A stretch of 64,000 bases of DNA from Porphyridium purpureum (taxonomy: Eukaryota): contig VRMN01000002.1 in NCBI GenBank assembly GCA_008690995.1, positions 1,798,001 to 1,862,000 on the forward strand, written 5' to 3'. The position numbers were made by a program, and so were the translations under genes. Below are positions 1 through 8,362 of the stretch, in pieces. The notes beneath the pieces were generated by a model. That model saw only the letters and a program-made list of their open reading frames with translations, did not search any database and had not been told where the DNA came from. Every line of letters starts with the position of its first letter. Position 1 is the stretch's first letter.

Positions 1-442
1 AGCAACAACAAGGCGCACACACACGCCCCAATCGATACGAACGAAGTTGATATACCCCCGGTTTTAAATGGGCTCTTCAGAATGCGGTCCTTTTTGATAT
101 GGAGCACGTCAGCCTACGAACTGAACCTTTGGTGGTCACACTGTACCGAACGGTTCAGTGAAAAGCGATGAAGCGTGACTGGTAAAAAGGGGGCGCGCGA
201 TGATACGCGTGTGCTTTCATGGCAGCGTGTGTGTGTGCGTGTGTGTTTTGTGATGTGAAGGGGAGAGAGGAGAGGGACAGAGGGAAGGTGGGGTGTACAG
301 TGGTGATGGTGAAGGGGAAAGAGGCGGTAGGTAGTGCGGGAAGGAGGGATGGGGGGGAGAGGAGTCGAAAGGGTGCGGATGGTGGGTGGGTGGGTGGGTA
401 GGTGGGTAGGTGGGGAGGGATGTTGGGCGCGGAAGAGGTAGC

Positions 443-1126
443 ATGAAGGTGTATGCGTTGGTGGTTGGCGAGAGCAAGAAGCATGAGCTAGAGGTAGGGA
501 CGGCGGAGAGTGCGCCGCGAGTGGATGATGTGCGGAAGCAGGTGTTTGCGTGCGACGCGTTGAAGCTGCGGCCAGATACGCACCATGTGCGGCTCATTGC
601 CGCGGGCCGCGTGCTCAACGACGCGGCGGCGCTTCTCGACTCGGTCGGCGTGAAGGACGGCATGGTCATTCATGTGCAGGTTGCTGACGCAAAGATATTG
701 CGCGACCGAGACGTCCAGGGCGCGGCGGAGAGACATTGCGCCACGACAGGCAGCACCGACAGCGACTCGACCAGTCCTGCGCACCCGCCCGGAATGCATG
801 TTGTTGAAATGGGCGAACTGGGCGGCCAGAGCGACGAAGACATTTCAAACTATAGATTACAGTACATGCTGGAGCTAATGCAGGCCGAGGACGACGAGTC
901 GTTCTTGCTCGAAGACGGCATGCTCGAGGAGCCGGGCGGCTCCTGGATTGATTTCGTGTGGGGTTTCATGATTGGGTTTCTGTTTGGCGTGATCATGATC
1001 ATCCTCGCGCGCGACCAAACGATTCGGCTGTCGCGGATATGGCGCTCTGGCATCTTGTTCGGCGTGTCTGTGAATGTGATTCTCGGGATGTTTATGCTCG
1101 TCGCCGAGAAGCGGCACCGAATCTGA
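443..1126 (+). CDS. Ubiquitin-like domain protein with two C-terminal TM helices (DSC3/DUF2407-like)
   Basis: ATG at 443 within ORF 410..1126. UBL motif VRLIAAGRVLND...GVKDGMVIHV; C-terminal hydrophobic WIDFVWGFMIGFLFGVIMII and GILFGVSVNVILG. Confidence 0.65.
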   Translation: MKVYALVVGESKKHELEVGTAESAPRVDDVRKQVFACDALKLRPDTHHVRLIAAGRVLNDAAALLDSVGVKDGMVIHVQVADAKILRDRDVQGAAERHCATTGSTDSDSTSPAHPPGMHVVEMGELGGQSDEDISNYRLQYMLELMQAEDDESFLLEDGMLEEPGGSWIDFVWGFMIGFLFGVIMIILARDQTIRLSRIWRSGILFGVSVNVILGMFMLVAEKRHRI

Positions 1127-1238
1127 GCGCCGTCAGACACGCGTCCACTTTTTCTGGCCACATGTGTGAATCTGACTTGATGGAATCTCGACATCCAGAT
1201 GAAAGCGCGTCCTTGTATTTATATATATCTTAAAGCCC

Positions 1239-2450
1239 TTATCTCGCGGCGGCCGGTGCCGCACTTTCCTCGTACAAGTACGCGCGCGCCTGCTCGCAGA
1301 ACAATCCCACGGCACGCTCAGGAGTGCCCTGCACGACGCCATGGCCCACGTTCAAAATATGCCTTCCGGTGCCGGCAGCGCGACACACACGCTGCACCTC
1401 CCGCTTGATGTGGTCGTCCGAGCCGAGCAGCACCAGCGGATCCATATTACCCTGCAACACAGCGTCCTTCCCAAACGTCTTGCGCGCGTCAGCCATGTCG
1501 GTCGCCCAGTCAAGTCCCACGACGTTCACACTGGGTGCCAGCTTTTGAATGAGCTCAAGCTTGCCCGCACCACCGTTTGCGAAGAAAATCAACGGGGTGT
1601 CTAGGTGCCTGCGGCGCGCAATTTCAATGCTGCGCAGAGTGTACGGAAGCGAGAACTCGGCGTACTGCGCGGGCGTCAGGTGATGCGCCCAGCTGTCGAA
1701 AAACTGGAGCACCTCTGCACCAGATTCTATTTGGAAGCATGCATACTCTCCCACCATGTCAGCCAGCTTGTCTAGCAGAGAGTGGAGAATCTGCGGCTCA
1801 GAATACATCATGCGCTTGGTGGCTGGGATTTCCTTCTTGCTGGAGCCTTCAGTTGCATATGCGGCCAATGTCCACGGGCAGCCCACAAAGCCCAACAAAG
1901 TACACGCATCACCGATCTCGCTGCGCAATGCAGAGAGCGTTTCGGCCACAAAGGGCAGCTTGGAGTGCGGATCAAAATCCGAGACGGAGAGCACGCGATC
2001 AACATCGGCCTGTGAACGCAAGGGGCTTTCAAATGTCGGTCCGCGGCCCTTGACAATGTCAAACTCGATACCGATTGCCGGTAATGGCGTCAAGATATCG
2101 GAAAACATGATCACCCCGTCGGTCTGGAACGCGCGCCATGGCTGCAGCGAGAGCTCGATCGCAATCTCGGGGGTCTCAGACCTCTGCCTGAACGGATACT
2201 TATCGCTATACTCGCGGAACGCGCTCATGTACCTGCCGGCTTGCCTCATCAACCACACAGGCGGCCTCGACACCTGATTTCCGCGCGCGCAGTCGAGCAG
2301 AATTTTGCCCTGCCCTTCCGCAACCGGAGCGACGGGCGGGGACGCCGCGCACAGAACGGCGTGCTTCGCAGCTCTTGAGCCGCGCACGACTGTCTGGCGC
2401 CGCTGTAAGCGCAGCTCGCCACCATTCACCACCGGTACAAATGCCTCCAT
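1239..2450 (-). CDS. hemE: Uroporphyrinogen decarboxylase, plastid-targeted
   Basis: Motifs PPVWLMRQAGRY, FSDILTPL, GFVGCPWTLAAY and HILNVGHG; MEAFV transit-peptide-like start (ATG 2450). Confidence 0.96.
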   Translation of the reverse strand: MEAFVPVVNGGELRLQRRQTVVRGSRAAKHAVLCAASPPVAPVAEGQGKILLDCARGNQVSRPPVWLMRQAGRYMSAFREYSDKYPFRQRSETPEIAIELSLQPWRAFQTDGVIMFSDILTPLPAIGIEFDIVKGRGPTFESPLRSQADVDRVLSVSDFDPHSKLPFVAETLSALRSEIGDACTLLGFVGCPWTLAAYATEGSSKKEIPATKRMMYSEPQILHSLLDKLADMVGEYACFQIESGAEVLQFFDSWAHHLTPAQYAEFSLPYTLRSIEIARRRHLDTPLIFFANGGAGKLELIQKLAPSVNVVGLDWATDMADARKTFGKDAVLQGNMDPLVLLGSDDHIKREVQRVCRAAGTGRHILNVGHGVVQGTPERAVGLFCEQARAYLYEESAAPAAAR

Positions 2451-3264
2451 TGCGTTCCCACCGCTTTCGTTGGAGTGCTCCTCCAGGCACCTGCTTGTCC
2501 GCACGTCACTGCCGACTTCGACACAACGCCAAACACCACCACCACGAACCCACAGCGTGCCAGCTCTCCCACTCGTCGTCTCCCACCCCGGAGCTCGCGC
2601 ACATTTCTAATTTTTCATTCTCCGATTTTATCTCCGGCCGCGGGGCGCGGCGCGTGTTCAGTGCGTCCAGACGTTCAGTTCAAGTACAGTTCATAACTGT
2701 ACGTACGGCGCAGCTTTTTGACGAGGATGCACATCTTCTGCGGGTAGCTTATCTCTGTGACCTGCGCACAGATCGAAGCAGATGTTACGCCGCACGGGTC
2801 CTCGCTGAGGACACCCATCTTGCTTTCTGGCAGCGCATTGTAAACTCGAGTTGGGCCTGCAGACTAGAAACGAAGAAATACAACCATTGCGAGAAAGTTT
2901 GGTAGTCGGTGACGCCCGCAACTGGCTTTCATGAAAACCGTTCTGGATCTTTCGTCACTCCCATATAATGTGAGGGCCTTCTTTCTGCTCGCAGAATTAG
3001 AGCGTAAGACGCTTTATATTATACTGGCGTATTTTGGAGTGGCGTTGTCTAGTCTCTGTTCGCCGCAGATGCAGGAATGATCGTCTCTTTGGGTCACAGG
3101 GCAGACCTGACATTGCAGTCGTTTCAAGCAATAAACCTGAATCTCTCTCCCTCCAAACACGCGCGAACGCTAGCGCAGAAATGTTTGTTTGCATTTTCCT
3201 GACCCATTCAATTTCACAACACGAACGCGCGGCAGGTCGGTCTCAGCGGGGTTATGGGGTCCAC

Positions 3265-3987
3265 TCATGCCGCGCTCGCGTGGGTGGTGTACTTCGAATT
3301 GTTGAGCACGGCTCGCAGGGACTGCTCGATCTGCCCACCACAGTAAGGCAATGAGCCCTGGCGGTGAGCGAGCGCCACGAGGTTTGGGTTCGTACCGAGT
3401 CGATCGCACAGGGACATGACTCTTGGCATATGTTGCCGCAGTATTGGAGACAGCTGCGGGAGAGCTGCCTGCATGGTGGCAAAGACTGCGTACAGAGTGC
3501 TATCCGCATAGGTGGGGCCCTCCTTGTTCCCGAGGTAGTAGCAGGGCTCAGTTCGGCCGGCGGCCTTTTGCCGAGCAGTGTACTCAAAGATGGCCAGCCA
3601 GCGCAAGAAGCGATCGGAGACGAATGCATCGAACGCATCCTGGGTCCACATCGCCGCGCCACAATCGCAGGTCAGTTCACGAATGAGATCGTTGCCGTTA
3701 TTCACGACCATATCCGCTGTAGCAATGTCGTGATTGTCCGTTGGCATCATGCCGCACTTGCGTGCCAAGTAAGACACGATCGCGGGTGTCTGTGCGATGA
3801 AAAAGCCGTCATCCTCCAAGAGTGGCGGCGCCATAAACAGCGCTTGAGACGCCTGGCTCGGAGGCTGTGCCTTGAGCGCGTACAACTCGGCGCTGGGCAC
3901 CTGCTCATACTGCTCATTTGCCAACTCTAGGAGACACCGAACAAACTGCCCGCGAAAGAGGATGTCGTGGTAGTACAGCTTGTACAT
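3265..3987 (-). CDS. Glutathione S-transferase, bacterial-type family
   Basis: MYKLYY...FRGQFVR start, APPLL...QTPAIVSYLA (GST N domain), PTYAD N-capping motif, C-terminal YCGGQIE. Confidence 0.85.
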   Translation of the reverse strand: MYKLYYHDILFRGQFVRCLLELANEQYEQVPSAELYALKAQPPSQASQALFMAPPLLEDDGFFIAQTPAIVSYLARKCGMMPTDNHDIATADMVVNNGNDLIRELTCDCGAAMWTQDAFDAFVSDRFLRWLAIFEYTARQKAAGRTEPCYYLGNKEGPTYADSTLYAVFATMQAALPQLSPILRQHMPRVMSLCDRLGTNPNLVALAHRQGSLPYCGGQIEQSLRAVLNNSKYTTHASAA

Positions 3988-4151
3988 GGTCCTGCCGCTG
4001 CTCGCATACGCTGCGCGCGAGGATGCAAGCGAGCCGGTCACCAACACCAAGACATCCAAACACGCAAACACCTAGACAACCGTCTCAGCTCCCAATCCCC
4101 AATTTCGAAATGCGCCATTTCAAAAAACCAAAAAAAAAAACCAAAAACCAA

Positions 4152-4159
4152 AAACCCTA
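4152..4159 (+). promoter_or_regulatory. Telo-box-like AAACCCTA next to an A-rich tract in a divergent intergenic region
   Basis: Exact AAACCCTA at 4152-4159; another copy at 17501-17508 just upstream of the gamma-COP start. Function is inferred only. Confidence 0.3.
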
Positions 4160-4402
4160 GTCCCCTTTTCCAAATGGCGGTCATATTGAGAAAAGTGTGT
4201 TTCGTGGTGCTTTTTTGGGTTATAAGAAACGATGTGATCCTACTATGAAAAGTACATCTGACGTCGAATAGAGGGGTTCACTAAGAAAATCACAAAACGA
4301 CCTCATTTTCATAGGATTTGTATATACGAAACCGAAAACGCCAAGTTTTGCGCGCGATTGATGAGCAGAGACGGAGGGAATGGCGGACGCAGTGCGCCGT
4401 GC

Positions 4403-4428
<26 letters not shown>
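4403..4428. repeat. (AG)13 microsatellite
   Basis: Read directly from the sequence. Confidence 0.95.
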
Positions 4429-4433
<5 letters not shown>

Positions 4434-4474
4434 GGACGTGTGCGCTTCTTTGTGCTTGTGTAGAGCTAGGCGAG

Positions 4475-5287
4475 ATGGAAATGGGGATGGCGATGGCAAG
4501 GCAAGAGCGCGTGCTGACAGACGTGCAAGGCGTGAGCATCGATAGCGCAAACGACAAGTACCCGCAGCCACACATGCTCCGCTCCGCGCTCGCGGTGCTG
4601 AAGCATGGTGGTGTGCACATGCTCGGCGCGTCCGAGTATGACTGCATGCCGCATGTCGTATACGGGGAAATGCGCCTCTTCTGCGCGGTTTGGTTTCTGC
4701 AGACCGAGCGCACTCGCGAGCTCTTGGCGCTGCATCATGCACTGCGCCCAGGCGACCGGCTCGCGAGCAGCATGAATGTCAATGCTCGTTTCCCACTCGG
4801 CGACTTGGGAAACCGCTCGTGCTTGCACTGGCTGTGCTCCGGAAAAATGCCTTCCGGCTTCAGCTACTCATTGTCCAAGCAGCACGCCGCTTTGTTTGAC
4901 GAGTTGGTGGGCATCGTCGCGTCCGTTCCCGGGGCTGATCTTGTGTCGCCCGACCCGGTGACCGGGCTGTGCCCCATTGTGCTTGCAGCCGAGAACGGAA
5001 TGGAAGGCTCTTTCGCGGTCCTCGTGCACGCAGGTGCCGCGGACTCGATGATTGAGAGGCTCGCCCGGTTTGTGCAGCAGTCATTAGGCGCCCAGGTCAG
5101 CGACACCAGTCGCGGCCTCATGCTGCGCTCGCTCGCCATCCGGTATCGAAAGCTTTCAAGCGACAATCCTTCTGATGGGAGTCCGTACGCACCATGCAAA
5201 AAACGCATTCGCGTCATGCCAGCAAGTGGCGTAGAACACCAGTACCGTCAAGAACTCGAAGTGCTGTCAAAGCAGGACTTCTTTTGA
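4475..5287 (+). CDS. Hypothetical protein with degenerate ankyrin-like repeats
   Basis: Long ORF (4358..5287), ATG at 4475. NVNAR...GNRSCLHWLC and TGLCPIVLAAENG resemble ankyrin repeats; basic KKRIR near the C-terminus. Confidence 0.55.
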   Translation: MEMGMAMARQERVLTDVQGVSIDSANDKYPQPHMLRSALAVLKHGGVHMLGASEYDCMPHVVYGEMRLFCAVWFLQTERTRELLALHHALRPGDRLASSMNVNARFPLGDLGNRSCLHWLCSGKMPSGFSYSLSKQHAALFDELVGIVASVPGADLVSPDPVTGLCPIVLAAENGMEGSFAVLVHAGAADSMIERLARFVQQSLGAQVSDTSRGLMLRSLAIRYRKLSSDNPSDGSPYAPCKKRIRVMPASGVEHQYRQELEVLSKQDFF

Positions 5288-5943
5288 TGTGCAGGCAGAA
5301 TAACTTAAGTGACTCGACGCGCGGCCGCTGGGCTCACAATTTGAACTCTCGTTTGCCTTACGACTGCGCGGTGCCGATGTGAAACCACAAACCGCATCCG
5401 ACGCCAGAGTATGCTGAATGCTTAACAGGATGAATTCGTTGACTCTGTCGACTCTATTTTGTCAGTGGTGTCCGCGCACGATGCTTGGGTTTACAATACC
5501 ATTGCAATATTGTGACTTGAAAGTATCACTGCTCAGAGCAGAAGTCGTTCGATTGGTGATCGATGTGATCAGGTCGAGTTGATGCGGCTTCAGCAACGCT
5601 TTATGCCTACCCCAAGAGCTCTTATCAAGCCGACGGTGATGCGTCGACAACGTAGATGTATTTCGACGCCATTTTACGCCACGCTCGAGCGTGAAGACTT
5701 GGCCTCCTCTCGCTCCACGACGATGCTCGGCAAAAAGGAGTCTTTACACTCGCGAAGCATACGTGTAGCCTTTTGAAGACCTCAGTGAGGCCTTCACGCC
5801 GTCGCATGACCAGAAAATTTTGTCAAAAAGCCCAGTCTCGCTCAATCTTATACGATGTACTTCCAAGCCGAGCCCTGACGCCTTGAAACTGAAGAAAGCG
5901 CGGATATGTAAAACAGCGAAAAGCGGGAAGCAGTCCGTGTACT

Positions 5944-7068
5944 CTATACACGCCGTAGCACCCGAATGGAGGACGTGTCCTCTACTTCGGCCACAGCGTC
6001 ATCTACAAGCATCCACTTCCGATGAACTTCCGAGCGAGATAACCAATCTTCAAGCTCCTCCTCAACGGTCAAAAGAAAAGCGTCGTACACTGTAAGCTTT
6101 CTTGACGTGCTCATGAACTCTCCAATATTTCGTTCGACAGTTGCACGCACGCCAGCCACCTCCAAGAGTCCGCGGATCGCGGCGTCTTGCGCTGTCTCGC
6201 CAGACTCGAGCTCGACTTTCACCAGAGTCGGTACGCCTTTTGAGTCCTCGTTTAGAATTGTCAGAACAAACAATTCCTGACCAACACGGCGCACTGGGAC
6301 ACACAATGCCTCCTTCTTCATATCCCGCGGGCGCGCGACGTCGTTATTGAGATCGCGATATTGGCGAGGTTGGTATGCTTGAATCGCGACCGCGGCCGGA
6401 ATGGACGGTGTCCGGTGCTTGCCAAAGTCAACCTGATCATCCTCATCGTCCGAGGCACCGGCGAGCAATTCAGCAGGCACTACAACGCTGGACTGGAGTT
6501 CTTTGCGTGCGCGCTGCACGACCAGGCCAATTTTTGTGTGAAACTTTTGGTAGTTGAGCACGTTTGCTGTGTAAAGAGACTGCGTCTCTGCATCCAGTAC
6601 CTTGTCGTGTTTCTTGAGCGACTTGATCGCCGTGGTGTAATTGACGGAGCAAAACTCTTGGAACATGTCCAGATGGTCCTCCATCCGCTCGTACGTCAGC
6701 TTGACAAACGCGCCGCGAGCCTTTTGCTCCTTGAGCTTCTCGAAGAACTCTGCGGATTTTTGCTCGAAGAACGTATTTATCTTGAGCAGTTCCTCGTTGA
6801 GAATCTCGAGAAACTCGAGACTCTCCACAGTCATCTGCGAGACGAGGCTAAGCTTCCACTCCCACCCGGCATGACACGCCAGTCCCTTCATATCAAAGCG
6901 GTTATACTTGAGCTCCGTATCATCGTCAGGCAAGCCCGCGTCGACGCGCGCGCCTTTCTTCCTGTCGACTTCGCTGATCACATACTTTAACCGCTTGTAA
7001 TTGATGTAATACTGAGTCCATGCCGGCGCTTCGTTGGCAACCGCATTCAAATACTTGCCCCACTTCAT
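5944..7068 (-). CDS. SPX domain-Nudix (DIPP-like, degenerate) fusion protein
   Basis: SPX motifs MKWGKYL, YYINYKRLK, ELLKINTFF, NYTTAIKSLKKHDK. C-terminal ESGETAQDAAIRGLLEVAGV...FLLTVEEELEDW...HRKW matches the DIPP Nudix pattern. Confidence 0.9.
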   Translation of the reverse strand: MKWGKYLNAVANEAPAWTQYYINYKRLKYVISEVDRKKGARVDAGLPDDDTELKYNRFDMKGLACHAGWEWKLSLVSQMTVESLEFLEILNEELLKINTFFEQKSAEFFEKLKEQKARGAFVKLTYERMEDHLDMFQEFCSVNYTTAIKSLKKHDKVLDAETQSLYTANVLNYQKFHTKIGLVVQRARKELQSSVVVPAELLAGASDDEDDQVDFGKHRTPSIPAAVAIQAYQPRQYRDLNNDVARPRDMKKEALCVPVRRVGQELFVLTILNEDSKGVPTLVKVELESGETAQDAAIRGLLEVAGVRATVERNIGEFMSTSRKLTVYDAFLLTVEEELEDWLSRSEVHRKWMLVDDAVAEVEDTSSIRVLRRV

Positions 7069-8311
7069 TTTCCACGGAGCCCCTTCCCTCTGTCACCCCC
7101 TCCTTTCGTCACGCTCGCACAGGGACGCACGAGCACGAAACACCTGCTCTGCTCCGGTCGAGCCTGCTCCCCTGCTCCCCCTCACTTTTCAATAAGCATT
7201 CACGTCCACACACAAACTATCACCACGCACATCCCAATGTCTTCTTCACGCCTCGATGTCCCAACAGACTCTCAGCACGCTCGCGCGATGACGACAAACC
7301 TGGTGATGATCATGGGAGAGCGCCAAGAGGTTCGAAACCGTGAGACAAGGAACTGAATCTTCGCAATGTAAGCTCGAATGGCATGCCATGTGGTGGCAAG
7401 GGCAGCGGCAGTGCCAATGCCGGTGGCACGGCGTGCCGCTCGCGCGACGTTTTCAGTGGCGCGACACGCCGCCGCCTGGCCGCCCAGGCAGAGAATGAGC
7501 TGTATTGGCGAATAGGATCGGCGATGCGCAGTGGCGGATGATACAGCCGCAGGAGAATGTGAGAACTGGCACACGACGCGGGCACGAGGAACTGCAAGTG
7601 CTGTAATGTGGGAATAGAACCGCGTTTGGGGATGCACGCGCAGACACGGCGCGAGTTGCCGGGTTGCATCTTCGTGTATGCTGACCCATCGAGCGATGTA
7701 TATTGACGTAGTGATCTCGACAGCCCAACCCGAAGAACTCTTCCCGGCTTCTCAAGCCAAAAACCCAAAAAAAAAAATAAAATGAGGAAGAGGTTCAGCA
7801 ACCACTAGATGAACAAAAGCCCAGTTGCCACCCCGCCGTTGTACGGCAGTGACTTTTCCTTCACATAGCCGCGACATGATCACGGAGGCAGACAGAAGCA
7901 GGCCGCGCGCCTGAACGGAAGCGCAAGTCCCGTCGCCCTGGATGTCTGCTCGTCATCCTAATTCCCCAATACCACACTTGCCACACCGCAGCAGCGCGTT
8001 CGCGCACGCAAAGCATTCCGTTCAATGCACTGTACCGTATCTCACCGAGCGCTGTACACCGATCTTCTAAAACCCGCCCGAAAAAGGGGGAATCTTTCCA
8101 GATTCGGCGCTATGAGAAATGGCGCTGATTTGCTATATTGTCCTCCGTCGTTCGATGCACGCTGTACACTACTGGCGGGTGCATGTGTACAGTTGGTAGC
8201 ATGGATCAGTATTGAACCGTTAAGACGAACCACCGGAATTTGGAAGGGAAAAGTTGAAGGCCAGGGGGAGGACGGGGATAACGGAGAGAGAGAGTGTGTG
8301 TGTCGGGGGAC

Positions 8312-8314
<3 letters not shown>

Positions 8315-8348
<34 letters not shown>
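8315..8348. repeat. (AG)17 microsatellite just upstream of the PPK1 start
   Basis: Read directly from the sequence. Confidence 0.95.
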
Positions 8349-8354
<6 letters not shown>

Positions 8355-8362
8355 GGGGGAGT

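Noticed and set aside
7320..7345. ggttcgaaacc resembling a tRNA T-arm
   Set aside because: No acceptor stem or D and anticodon arms could be folded around it.
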